Shown one piece after another: positions 49,385 through 62,985 of a stretch of DNA of 64,000 bases. Below the pieces are notes generated by a model. It was not told the DNA's origin. It made no database searches and saw only the letters and a program-made list of their open reading frames with translations. The stretch spans positions 682,001-746,000 of the forward strand of contig NW_025766836.1 of the NCBI RefSeq assembly GCF_003918875.1, in the 5' to 3' direction. Every line of letters begins with the position of its first letter. Position 1 is the first letter of the stretch. A program made the translations under genes and the position numbers. The DNA comes from Haliotis rubra. Taxonomy: Eukaryota.

Positions 49385-49993
49385 TGAGCGAGTGAGTTTA
49401 GTTTTACGCCGCAATCAGCAATATTGCAGCTATATGGCGGCGGTCTGTAAATAATCGAGTTTGGACCAGACAATCCAGTGATCAACTGTATAAGCATCGG
49501 TCTACGCAGTTGGGATACGATGACATGTGTGAACCAAGTCAGCGAGCCTGACCATCCGATGTCGTTAGTCGCCTCTTACGACAAGCATCGGCTACTGAGG
49601 TGAGGTGAAATTTGGTTTATCGTCGTGCTTGAGAATATTTCGCTCATATGACGACGTGCATGCGTGTGTATGTGTATGTGCGTCTGCTTGTACTAGCCCA
49701 GACTGAAGCTGGTTTTATAGTGCTAGCCCACTGAGATACCATGCCGCAGTGAAGCATGGATACCCCACTCAGACACATTATACTGACTCCGAGCCGACCA
49801 GTCCTTTTTGTACCCATTAAGTCCGAGCGCCAGGCAGGGACCAACAAGTACCATATTTTAACGTCTTTTGGTATGACGCGGTCGGGGATCGAACCCGCGT
49901 CCTTCCGCTCTCCGGGCGGACGCTCTAACCACTACACCACGGAGGCGGTTCATCGGCTACTGAAGATCAATTCTAACCCGGATCTTCACGGGT
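49385..49993 (-). mobile_element. SINE family C (Nin/Deu-like core catgcttgtcgtaagaggcgactaa) interrupted by family B (49599-49950). Other C copies at about 20425-20633, 20690-20865, 22830-23066, 23400-23815, 44047-44280 and 59386-59533
   Basis: 13-bp TSD catcggctactga around B. C shares its 3' tail with family A. Confidence 0.85.
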
Positions 49994-51926
49994 ATGTGGA
50001 CTAGAGGTTGAAAGCATGAGCAGAACGATTCCGTGGGTGTTTATAAGACGTCGGGCTCCGACAAGCCCAGACTAACATCTAGTCTCAGAAATGAACATAT
50101 TTACAGCAAAGAGCAGTACATAAATGTTAATAAAATACAATGAAAAGAAGCCCTTCATTTTCAGAGAAACTGTGGTAACCTAGATTTGCCACATATTCTA
50201 GACTTGCATGGGCTTTCTTGGATATATTTGTTTCGGGGCCTGTAAGACAGACTACGACAAACAACGTGGGCTCGTGACACTAACATTTGCTGCTAATCAC
50301 TACGTTAAAAGAGAAGGTACTGTGCTGTATTTAACTGGAACACAAGTGGAGAAAGAACGAACCGCATGTCCTCTCGATATCCTGTAGTCTGTCTCACAGT
50401 CCCTGAACCGCATTACTTCCCCTACTGCCTAGCCAGCCATGCAGTGCAAAAGATCTTAATGAAGCAAGTCTAGATTTCCCCAGGTTCTGAATCACCCATC
50501 TCACTGGGGTTCCTTTTCAATCTAAATGTGATTATTTGTTACTATCAGAATTATATATATTAAGAGCCTAAGCCTAAGTCTAGTCATCCTGTTGATATTT
50601 TTAGAATTCGGTGATAGGGCCAAACTTGTTCCTGTTATCTGGTTCTGATATATGTGCTCATAGACGTGACAGGTTTGGGAATGTGGGTCCAGTTAAGTTA
50701 ACTGACTGCTTGGGCAGGCTATTCACAGCTATAGGAGCCCCCAGAATCTCTTTAAGCAAATATATCTAGACCTGGGCAAACTATTGTCGACTTGCTTCTG
50801 AGATTCAGATATCTATTGATTATTTCAAAATTATATCTAAAGGATCATTTGAATTTGTTTTTATGCTTTAAAGCATTTTATTTCTGACTTTCCAGATTTC
50901 CAGACTTTCCTGATTTCCAGATCAAGAAATACAAGAAATTATATATCCTCCAATCTTTCTCTCTTTTTTTTAATATGTGACTACATTATATAGTGCAGGA
51001 GCCTCAATAATGTTACAGTACATATCACAGCAACAATAAACAGCTACTGCACCGAAAACGAATCAATATAATATTTGTGAGTGATCTCCCTTCGATCAAC
51101 GCCATCCCGACGGTCTCCCTTTTGGTTTTTTTACACAATCGGAACATACCAGTAAAATATTATGCTGCGAATATATTTTCGAATAAAATGCAAATACTGT
51201 CTGACACTACCCAAACATAGAGACAGGACAAACTGGCTCTGTAAATAAAGACGGACAATATATAAGCGATCCTTGGGATGCTTATTTTTAATGAAATACA
51301 GACCTGAAATCGTGACTGTTCTTTTTAAAAGAGGAAAAAATATCATCATTGCGTGCGTGATCCAGCATACTTGCCTAAAGAGTTTTATAAGGCATCGACA
51401 CGGTCATGACAGATTATAGTGACTCAATAATGTGGACACAGCGGAACACTCCCATCTCTGGTTGTTTACTTATATATACTTGAATAGAATCATAAAGGTG
51501 TACTTGCCATGCCCATTTTGATTTATAATGAGAGAGTGAGTGAGTTTAGTTTTACGCCGCACTCAGCAATATTCCAGCTATATATTCGGCTCCAATTTCC
51601 AACAATCCCTTCCAAACCCAAAACAACAATAATCTTAAATTAAGCCAGACCAATTTTATTTCTTGTTTTACGAATTCGCCTGTCGTATTTTTTCAAGAAT
51701 TAATAAAAATAAAAATTAAGTTTCCCCGCTCAAAAAATAAAATCCTGATGTTTTTATGGGCCAAAAATGTAAACTTACAAGAAAATTGGTTTTAGATTGT
51801 TTTTTGCCCCATATACACTTCATAAATTGCCAAAAGTAAAATACTTTGAGTATTTAGAAGGACTATTACTCTGACTGGTGAATTTTTTATATTTTTTCCC
51901 TCCTGCCTTTAGGTTTTCTGAGGACA

Positions 51927-52741
51927 CCCCACTGCGGGTCAGAAAATCGATAAACTAGGCCCCGGTTTAGTATCAACACCCCCTACTATATAATACATAA
52001 AGGTTCATCACAGAAATACGGTGACATGATCGAAAACCGGACAATTACGCACATGTCAATGAATATATCGTATTTTAAAGGTCTCACAAGTATCAAAAGC
52101 TTTTGTCCATATCTCCGATGTATGTAGGAGGCATATACATGCGCTTTCCGTGGGGATGCATTTGATGGGTTTTATTAAATCGCCAAAGACCGAGTTGCTG
52201 TGCCGGAAGTGTACAAAACTAGGTCGTCAGCGCAATCAAATTGGTTAATAAAATGACAACAAATGCACGTGCGAAAATGAGAGGGAAACTCAAACGTCTA
52301 TCATCCAAGATGTCACTATCTGATGTTTTATCTTGGTAAGAATAATTTTAAAAACGAGTACAAATATTTTTAAAGAAACACATTCATTCAGTGTAATGTG
52401 TTAGCCAATCAGATCGCCGGAGGTAGTGAAGTCAAGCGCTGACGAGCTAGTTTTGTATACTTCCGGCACAGCAACTCGGTCTTTGGCGATTTAATAAAAC
52501 CATCAAATGCATCCCCACGGAAAGCCCATGTATATGCCTCCTACATACATCGGAGATATGGACAAAAGCTTTTGATACTTGTGAGACCTTTAAAATACGA
52601 TATATTCATTGACATGTGCGTAATTGTCCGGTTTTCGATCATGTCACCGTATTTCTGTGATGAACCTTTATGTATTATATAGTAGGGGGTGTTGATACTA
52701 AACCGGGGCCTAGTTTATCGATTTTCTGACCCGCAGTGGGG
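51927..52741. mobile_element. Large fold-back element, about 305-bp near-perfect arms with an about 200-bp spacer
   Basis: 51927-52233 is the reverse complement of 52436-52741. Confidence 0.88.
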
Positions 52742-53323
52742 GCCTGTGGCTACACTACTCGTGACAATATAAATAAGGTTGTCCTCGTCACTCGATAACA
52801 GATACATCATATTTCACGAGAAGTATGAAATATCCTCTATTGACTTGGTAATGAAAAGTTGTTTTTCTCTTACAAACTTAATTACTGCGAGTCTACACAA
52901 TGTCATTTGGAAAGTGGTTAAATGTAAAGCAGCAGTGGGTGTGTGGGTCAGATAGCTGACTCTTGGAGTGTGGGTTCGAATCCCGGATGGGGCTCAATCC
53001 AACAAAGGTACTAGAATCTGTACTTTACTGAGAAAGTGTAAGCCCAACTGTAACGTGTGTTGCTGAGCATAAGGGCTATTCGTGAACTGAATCGTTTCAT
53101 CGGGACAAAAATAACAAAGAACAAACATTCGTGCGAATGTGCAGATACCTATATTATACGTAATTCCATTTAAAACTGATTTAATGCAACACAAATGGGC
53201 CACTGGTCACCCTGGCTGCCACGTTTGTTTGCTGAAAGGGCGTGCTCTAACTCGACACGGTCTCGAAAAGTACTCGTTCCCACACCCGCGAAAACAGTGT
53301 CCACGGATACGGTTGCTATACCT

Positions 53324-53536
53324 GAGGATTATGGGATGTTAAAACCTCCTAGTGATTTCTCCTACTATAGCCAATCAGCGATTGCCAGTCAACCAATGAA
53401 AATAACGGACGTAGCGTCGGGGGAAATATATACCGCGAGAAGAGTTACTAAGGTGTGTGTGACATCTTTGATTCAAAACAGCGTGTAGCTGACATCCATT
53501 AGTATTGCACTATCGACGCAGGTCACAATTAAAAAG
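53324..53536 (+). promoter_or_regulatory. DYNLL promoter and non-coding first exon
   Basis: Staf/ZNF143-like attatgggat, two CCAAT boxes, AAAAAG|GTACGT donor at 53536 pairing with the ttattgcag acceptor at 54749. Confidence 0.55.
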
Positions 53537-54077
53537 GTACGTATTATGTAGTAAACCATATACCATGAACTCTATTTGAATGAATGTTATTTTATCGGTG
53601 TCAAATGTATATTTCATAATCAGAGACAATTTCGAGCTTTCATAATGATATGAACAGGCCTTGTGCAAGAAAAATACCGTCTGATCCAAAGCATTTTACA
53701 TTTCGAGAGTAGGCAGAGTATATAATCATATTTAAAATTCTTCATCCGTGGAAGTGAGATTTGCCATTCCATGTATTCATAGAGATTCTGAATTAAAATT
53801 GACCATTAGTATAATTTATGGAAAGGCCAAAGGTAGAGCTTCGATCCAAGATCTTGGCAAAAATGCAACGTTTATCCGAAATATGCTAACTCATCTGTGA
53901 GCTGATGTGAATCTGCCACCACGTGGCAATCGTACCTGACTTTTTTTCGTACCTGATTTATCTTTCTAACTACCAGTCGGGTCCGTTACACGCCATGCCT
54001 TAGTTATTCAAAAATGATTAATTAGGTAACTGTGGATTTCATTATACGACCGTCTAATAACAGTACCAAGCTTATAC

Positions 54078-54299
54078 TATGAGAAAGACTTCCGCCCGTA
54101 TCTCCACTTAGATTTCATTCAAGTCAAATCATATATCACCTGAACATATATTCCTTATCTGATAAGGATGAGTTTTAACATGTTTCTTTAATTGTCTGAA
54201 CATACTGAAAGACATATCCAACTTCTAAAAGTGCCACTGTAAGAAATTGTTCCTCATCGTTAAGATTTAGAGGGGGATACGGGCGGAAGTCTTACCATA
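54078..54299. mobile_element. MITE in the DYNLL 5'UTR intron
   Basis: aagacttccgcccgtatc ... gatacgggcggaagtctt. Confidence 0.7.
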
Positions 54300-54717
54300 C
54301 TATGGAACTTTAGTTGATTTCCAAAGGATAACCCTTTTTTCATTTCGTGTTGCTCAAAGCACATGAAGCGTGGGTAGATATAAATTAACCAAAATATCAC
54401 TCATCAATTCCTAAGATATCTCATTAAGTAGCCCAGTGGTTAGAGTGTTCGCCCATCATGTCTGAGACCTAGGTTCGATTCCCCACATGGGTACAATTTG
54501 TGAAGCCAATTTCTGATGTCACCCGCTGTGATATTGCTGCAGTATTGCTGAAAGAGGGGTGAGACTGATCTCACTCATCAACAGAACTAGTCCTTTCATT
54601 AAATTTATATCCCCTCATGATAGTCAAAAGTGATGAAAGAGTAACAAGTGCACTCTAACCATTTATATGCCTCAGGATAAACATTAGTAATGCTATGTTT
54701 TGGTTTATCTAACTTGA

Positions 54718-55023
<306 letters not shown>

Positions 55024-58000
55024 ACTTTTCTGCACAGTCGATGGACATTCTACTTGTTTGCATCGCGCCTGTATTTTGGGCATGTGCTTAACTTGCAAAT
55101 TATATCGACGATTCTATCTTGGAGGAAAACCAAAAGCTCATCGCTGGATCAAAGGGACCGTATTGAATCAGGAACTACTGGAAATAATGCTGTAGTATAC
55201 ATGGACACAACAGTTGCATGATCTCTCGAACTGATGCAGCTGTCTGTGTACATGTCAGCATCGCAAACATGGTGAAACAATAAGTGTTGTGTCGATGTGT
55301 AGCTGCCAAAAATCAAAATGATCCTCCTAGACTTGAAATTTCAACAATGCTATAGAAATGCCGAAGCATTTAGTGAAAGTTTACTGGTTTGCTGCACATG
55401 CGGGTAATGCAACGCCATCCAGCGTGGATCTGTCAATGTTCATTATTGCGTTTATTTCAACATTGTTTTATATTCTTAAATAAATTATATTTTGTTTGTA
55501 GAGTTCATTTTGCCTGTTATTTGTTTTCACATTTATCCTGCATTAACATGTCATTGGATTGATGCATAAAATGCATAAAATTGAAAATGGTCGTGATTCT
55601 TATGGGACCATGTGGATCCAGTAATGGGCATGTTTTTAAAACAATCAGCTGGTTTTGTGCTGATGGGAAATACAATCCAGGGTTTTACATGACACGCAAA
55701 TTTGCCTCCAGTACACACAAATGTAGATAATGAGGCATAAAAAACAATTCACTTTGTCCAGAGGGACACATAATGTTATTCACTGTACCCACAACACAGG
55801 ATTTTGCTAAGTGTTTGAGTGTTTCTTTCAGTGCAGTTATGTGCATTGTTTCATCCATCAGTCCACATGATCAATGATTCATTCCTGGCTCTAAAGAAAT
55901 TATCAAAACCTAGATCTCTAAACCGTAACTTCACAGGACCCTCTTATTGCATGCAAGGTCTCTTAACACTAATAACATGTTTGTGAGTTGACGTAAAACC
56001 CTTCAATTAATCACATTATTGGAACATTTACCTTTCGTGTGAAGATGTGTGAAGATGCTCTCAGATCCTGCATCTGTTCTATTTGGCTTTGGTCATGTTG
56101 ATGGTGTAAATGTATCATGAAAATTACCAGTGACCACATTACTGTGTAATTAAACAAACAAGTATAAGAGTGATAATTATTCTGCATGAATAATATGTGT
56201 TTTAATGTTGCATATCTTGCTTTTAAAAATAATACCTAAATTAGAGTGAGTTAAGTTCTTTTGAACTGTTCATGAATTTTCGATTGTAGTGAGTGCAAAT
56301 ACATGTAACAATAAATTAAAGAAGGGATACAATTTGATTCATTGAAAACTTAAGTGAATCATTACAGCCCTACCAGCCATATGTATATACTTAATGTCCT
56401 CAGAACATGTACAGTATTGCTTTTGAATCACACCGAATCTTCAGGTTTATCAGAATCAGTAATGTTGGTCACCATTGCATCCGACAAGTCTTCAAAGCAA
56501 CATTATAATTTTATGAAGTTATTACTATTAAAAAAGTAACAATTATTGTTACCTCAAACACACGAAACAAAAATATCCTTAATCAGTTGGAGCCAAACAG
56601 TTATTACAAAGGCTCAGCTGATTCTCAATAATAACCCATGCCACCACCCCCAACCCTGGGTCTCTGGGTAAGAATTGGCCATAGTCAATATGGCCCCAGT
56701 CACTATGTGGGTTGACATAGTGGATTGGATGGTCAGGTCTGGTGGTGTGGGGATTTAACTTGAACCATTTTGTACCAACTAATTGTTTCATTCAAAAGAA
56801 CAAAAGCAATGCTCATGGCCTTATGTCTCTCACACATTTTTTGCAAGAACCTACTCTAAACATCAGATAGACTGAACCATATTCAATAATCTATATAGTG
56901 TTGTAGATAATAGATTTCAAAACATGTATGGTGCAATGGCCAGTTGTGGGATTTTATTGGCACTACATGCCAGTGGAGTTATCACTGTCACACAAGTTAT
57001 GAGTTTGTTGACTGTTTATGGTTAAGAAACTGTTCAACATCCTTCCTCCACTGAGCTAAGAGGGAAAACTTCAAGGTTATTCACAAATGGTGAGATAGAG
57101 ATAGTTGGTGTGGCTGAGTTATAAGAAAAACATCCTGTTGTTAGATTTGGCCCAGAGATATAGCCTAAGTAGTGTCATAACTAGACTCAGGTGCAATAAA
57201 GGTAAATTATAAAGATATGCTGGTGTCTCTTGACCATTTTTGGTGTAGAGAGGGTGGATTTTATTTGTTCATTTTGTGGTAGTTGGAACATAATCTCAAA
57301 TGTATTTTCAACAAATCAGAATTTGTTTGTTTTATAAAATAGTATTATGAGTGGCAAACAATTTCCTAATTATGAAGAAATATGAGGTTCAACTTAAATT
57401 ATAACCAAGCTGGTTATCAGAAGCAAACTCTTAACTGATATAAGTAGGTCAAATGCAACCTGTGATTTTATACCTTAACACAATCTTTGACCCACTCACA
57501 TCTGCTGTAGGTGATGGTTCTCAACCCTAAAACAATCTACACATCTTATGGAACCCCCACATCAGTTCCCATCGAAATTACAAAACACGAGTTTTTAGTA
57601 TATGTGGTTAAAGATTCCAAATAATGTGAAATATAGATATTGTGTGTTGGAGAGAACCTTGAGGTTGAATCGTTCGTACGGCAAGCCGTCCACTCCAGTA
57701 TGTGAAACCTGTGCACGAATATTGTTAAAAGCGTCGTAAAATCGTGACACTAAAGTTAAAGACGAGGTTACATTTACGTCCGTTTCTTTAACTCAGCATC
57801 TGTAAAATATATTCTTACAACGTCTTCAAGGCATTCTCTATGATCTGTAATGATATCGCACGGGGATAATCATGGGTATTTTTAAGGCTGTGTACACAAC
57901 AGTATGATGCACACCTGTTATGTTGATTAGTTTATTATATAAAACCATTTAGTTTGGAAACCGTTAACTTTAAAGTGAAGGTACATGCGGCTGATTTGAA

Positions 58001-58085
58001 TGAATGTTGATAAATCAGTGCGTGTCGAACACCTGGTGTCCCCTTCTACGTCAGGATTGTGTTCGCAGTCCACGGATAAAGCATA

Positions 58086-58284
58086 CCGCATTTCCTCTTT
58101 TAAGCACCCTGGCGCTTATTTGTTTCAACTGACTTCTAGACCCGGCGCTTATTGGAGACCCGGAGTTGATTGCGCTTACTGGATGTACTGTAAATTAATT
58201 GTTTGTGAGCGTTACGTCAAAGTTAGGGACCATTCCTTAATAAATCTAATTTTGGATCAAGGGAGAATATTAGAGGAAATACGG
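58086..58284. mobile_element. Tc1/mariner (pogo-like) MITE
   Basis: ta|ccgcatttcctct ... agaggaaatacgg|ta. Confidence 0.65.
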
Positions 58285-58462
58285 TATATGTATAGCAGCG
58301 ATGGACGCCCCTTCAAGTTGACGCCCCTGCGTATATACCCCGACATATATATCATTCAACGTGTATAACTTTCACACACACTCATAAAAAACATATTTCG
58401 AAAAATATTCAACCCTACCAATATTTTCATTGCTATATAACTCATATTCAACGACTGCACAC

Positions 58463-58627
58463 CTGAGTGAGTGAGTTTAGTTTTACGCCGCCTTTAGCAA
58501 TATTCCAGTAATATCACGGCGGGGGATACCAGAAAAAGGCTTCACACATTGTGCCCATGTTGGAAATCGAACCCGGGTCTTCGGCGTGACGAGCGAACGC
58601 TTTAACCACTAGGCTACCCCACCGCCC
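58463..58627 (-). mobile_element. SINE family A copy
   Basis: ctgcacac TSD. Confidence 0.9.
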
Positions 58628-58806
58628 CTGCACACTTGAGACTGATTTAGGAAACGGATAATGCATTTTCCCACATCTCTAGATTACGTGTCCCACTATG
58701 GGAAAAAACACGTTTTGGATGTACTTTCGCTATTAAGGACCCATATATTCCCAAGGGCCGAATTTACTTTCTAAAGTTATCTCGAGTGAAATGTGAATAT
58801 ACAATG

Positions 58807-58989
58807 CGGGAAGGCATTATGGGATGTTAAAACCTCCTAAGTAACCACCGCGACGACATCCAATAGCACTCCATCTGTTGCACGTCGCTAACCAATTAAA
58901 TGACACGTATAGCGGATGCATTTCACTCAGTGTGATACTGCAGGGGCGTGTTGAGGGAGTATATTTCAGCTGGTGGATCGCACGTACAG
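58807..58989 (+). promoter_or_regulatory. Second promoter and non-coding exon resembling the DYNLL promoter
   Basis: Shares attatgggatgttaaaacctccta with 53328, has two CCAAT boxes and a CAG|GTAAGA donor at 58989. Confidence 0.45.
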
Positions 58990-59534
58990 GTAAGACATAA
59001 GGTACGATTAACACTTAATAAATATGTAAATATACATATGGAAGTAAGGCTTATTGATTTTGTAAGGTATATTTCGTAGTTGTTATTGTACCCTCAGTCC
59101 TGGCCTGAGGTTCACATATAAAGAAAGACTTAGCCTAAATGATATTTTAAACAACAGTATCCCCTTCCAAATCGGTACACTTTGCCAACGATCTGGGGGA
59201 ATTTTATCTCCGTTTCGTAGAAATCCTCTTCGCTGTCCAAAGCGTGATTCCCAGAGTCAATGACGTCATGGTTCAAATCCAAATAGGTTCCTTCGAGGAC
59301 TTGCTTTGTGTTTTGGAATACACGGAAGTCTCACAGAGTCAGATCAGGAGAATAACTCGTTCACTGCCACACTTGTTGAACGTAGTAACCCATGAAGGTC
59401 CGGGTTACAACTGGTTTCAGCAACCCGTGCTTGTCGTAAGAGGCGACAAACGCGATCGGATGGTCAGGCACGCTGACTTGGTTGACACATGTCATCGTGT
59501 CCCAATTGCATAGATCGATGCTCATGCTGTTGAT

Positions 59535-62500
59535 GTGTTCCCATCCACCTTCACCTGGTCCCAACACCTCTCCAACCCGTGTGTTCCCACCCTTCTTCAC
59601 CCGGTCCCAACACCTCCCCAACCCGTGTGTTTCCACCCACCCTCGCCTGGCCCTGATTTCTCGAAACAAACTTAAGTTTGTACTCAAATTTTAAACTAAG
59701 TTTGACAATTTGAAACAGCTGAATTTTTATCTAAGCTGCATTTATAAAATAAAAAAAACCAAACAACTTAAGTAATCTATCTCCCAAACTCAAATTGTCT
59801 ACTATGTTTGGGTTTGATATCGATTTCAGTTCATTCTGGGAAATGCATTTCCCTCCGTTTTCTCAAATTTGAGTCAAAACTCTAACTTAAGTCAAACTCT
59901 GACTTAAGTTTGTTCCGGAAATCGGGGCCTGGTCCCAACACCTCCCCAACCCGCGTGTTTCCATCCACCTTCACCTGGTCCCAACACCTCCCCAACCGGT
60001 GTGTTTCCACCCACCTTCACCTGGTCCCAACACCTCCCCAACCCGTGTGTATCCACCCACCTTCACCTGGTCCCAACACCTCCCAAACCCGTGTGTATCC
60101 AACCACCTTCACCTGGTCCCAACACCTCCCCAACCAGTGTGTTTCCACCCACCTTCACCTGGTCCCAACACCTCCCCAACCCGTGTGATTCCATCCACCT
60201 TCACCGTTACCAACACCTCCCCAACCCGTGTGATTCCACCCACCTTCACCTGGTCCCAACACCTCCCCAACCCGTGTGTTTCTACCCACCTTCACCTGGT
60301 CCCAACACCTCCCCAACCGGTGTGTTTCTACCCACCTTCACCTGGTCCCAACACCTCCCCAACCCGTGTGTTTCTACCCACCTTCACCTGGTCCCAACAC
60401 CTCCCCAACCGGTGTGTTTCTACCCACCTTCACCTGGTCCCAACACCTCCCCAACCCGTGTGTTTCCACCCACCGTCACCTGGTCCCAACCCTTGTGTGT
60501 TTCCATCCACCGTCACCTGGTCCCAACACCTCCAACCCGCGTGTTCCCACCCAACTTCACCTGGTCCCAACACCTCCCCAACCCGTGTGTTTCCACCCAC
60601 CTTAACCTGGTCCCAACCCTTGTGTGTTTCCATCCACCGTCACCTGGTTCCAACACCTCCAACCCGCGTGTTCCCACCCACCTTCAATTGGTCCCAACAC
60701 CTCCCCAACCCGCGTGTTCCCACCCACCTTCAATTGGTCCCAACACCTCCCCAATCCGTGTGTTTCCACCCACATTCACCTGGTCCCAACACCTCCCCAA
60801 CCCGTGTGTTTCCACCCACCTTCACCTGGTCCCAACACCTCCCCAACCGGTGTGTTTCTACCCACCTTCACCTGGTCCCAACACCTCCCCAACCCGTGTG
60901 TTTCTACCCACCTTCACCTGGTCCCAACACCTCCCCAACCCGTGTGTTTCCACCCACCTTAACCTGGTCCCAACCCTTGTGTGTTTCCATCCACCGTCAC
61001 CTGGTCCCAACACCTCCAACCGGCGTGTTCCCACCCACCTTCACCTGGTCCCAACACCTCCCCAACCCGTGTGTTTCCACCCACCTTAACCTGGTCCCAA
61101 CCTTGTGTGTTTCCATCCACCGTCACCTGGTCCCAACACCTCCAACCCGCGTGTTCCCACCCACCTTCAATTGGTCCCAACACCTCCCCAACCCGCGTGT
61201 TCCCACCCACCTTCAATTGGTCCCAACACCTCCCCAATCCGTGTGTTTCCACCCACATTCACCTGGTCCCAACACCTCCCCAACCCGTGTATTCCACCCA
61301 CCTTCACCTGGTCCCAACACCTTCCCAACCCGTGTATTCCACCCACCTTCAATTGGTTCCAACACGTTCCCAACCTGTGTGGATCCACCCACCTTCACCT
61401 GGTCCCAACACCTCCCCAACCAGTGTGTTTCTACCCACCTTCACCTGGTCCCAACACCTCCCCAACCTGTGTTGATCCACCCACCTTCACCTGGTCCCAA
61501 CACCTCCCCAACCCGTGTGTTCCACCCACCCTCAATTGGTCCCAACACCTCCCCAACCTGTGTGGATCCACCCACCTTCACATGGTCCCACACCTCCCCA
61601 ACCCGTGTATTGCAACCACCTTCACATGGTCCCAACACCTCCCCAACCCGAGTGTTTCCACCCACCCTCAATTGGTCCCAACACCTCCCCAACCTGTGTG
61701 GATCCACCCACCTTCACCTGGTCCCAACACCTCCCCAACCCGTGTGTTTCCACCCACCTTCACCTGGTCCCAACACCTCCCCAACCCGTGTGTTTCCACC
61801 CACCTTCACCTGGTCCCAACACCTCCCCAACCCGTGTATTCCACCAACCCTCAATTGGTCCCAACACCTCCCCAACCTGTGTGGATCCACCCACCTTCAC
61901 CTGGTCCCAACACCTCCCCAACCCGTGTGTTTCCACCCACTTCACATGGTCCCAACACCTCCCCAACCCGTGTGTTTCCATCCACCTTCACCTGGTCCCA
62001 ACACCTCCCCAACCCGTGTGTTTCCACCCACCTTCACATGGTCCCAACACCTCCCCAACCCATGTGTTTCCATCCACCTTCACATGGTCCCAACACCTCC
62101 CCGACCCGTGTGTTGCCATCCACCTTCACCTGGTCCCAACCTGTGTGGATCCACCCACCTTCACCTGGTCCCAACACCTCCCCAACCAGTGTGTTTCCAC
62201 CCACCTTCACCTGGTCCCAACACCTCCCCAACCCATGTGTTTCCATCCACCTTCACCTGGTCCCAACACCTCCCCAACCCGTGTGTTTCCATCCACCTTC
62301 ACCTGGTCCCAACACCTCCCCAACCCGTGTGTTTCCATCCACCGTCACCTGGTCCCAACACCTCCCCAACCCGTGTGATTCCACCCACCTTCACATGGTC
62401 CCAACACCTCCCCAACCCGTGTGTTCCCACCCACCTTCACCTGGTCCCAACACCTCCCCAACCCGTGTATTCCCACCCACCTTCACCTGGTCCCAACCCG

Positions 62501-62985
62501 TGTGTTTCCATCCACCTTCACCTGGTCCCAACACCTCCCCAACCCGTGTGTTTCCATCCACCTTCACCTGGTCCCAACACCTCCCCAACCCGTGTGTTTC
62601 CACCCACCTTCACCTGGTCCCAACACCTTCCCAACCCGTGTATTCCACCCACCTTCACCTGGTCCCAACACCTTCCCAACCCGTGTGTTTCCATCCACCT
62701 TCACCTGGTCCCAACACCTCCCCATCCCGTGTGTTTCCACCCACCTTCACCTGGTCCCAACACCTCCCCAACCTGTGTGGATCCACCCACCTTCACCTGG
62801 TCCCAACACCTTCCCAACCCGTGTGTTTCCACCCACCTTCACCTGGTCCCAACACCTCCCCAGCCCGTGTGTTTCCACCCATCTTCACCTGGTCCCAACA
62901 CCTTCCCAACCCGTTTGTTTCCATCCACCTTCACCTGGTCCCAACACCTCCCCAACCCGTGTGTTTCCATCCACCTTCACCTGGT
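59535..62985. repeat. 47-bp C-rich tandem satellite (about 65-70 units)
   Basis: Unit ccaccttcacctggtcccaacacctccccaacccgtgtgtttccacc. Confidence 0.97.
59650..59928. mobile_element. Harbinger-like MITE inserted in the satellite
   Basis: TIRs as at 42677, CTG TSD inside a satellite unit. Confidence 0.8.

Noticed and set aside
51585-51642. About 60-bp similarity to 49163-49220 upstream of SRSF
   Set aside because: Short, AT-rich and next to repeat fragments. Probably a dispersed repeat remnant.
59535-62985. CRISPR-like array
   Set aside because: Contiguous tandem units with no unique spacers, no cas genes, and a eukaryotic context.
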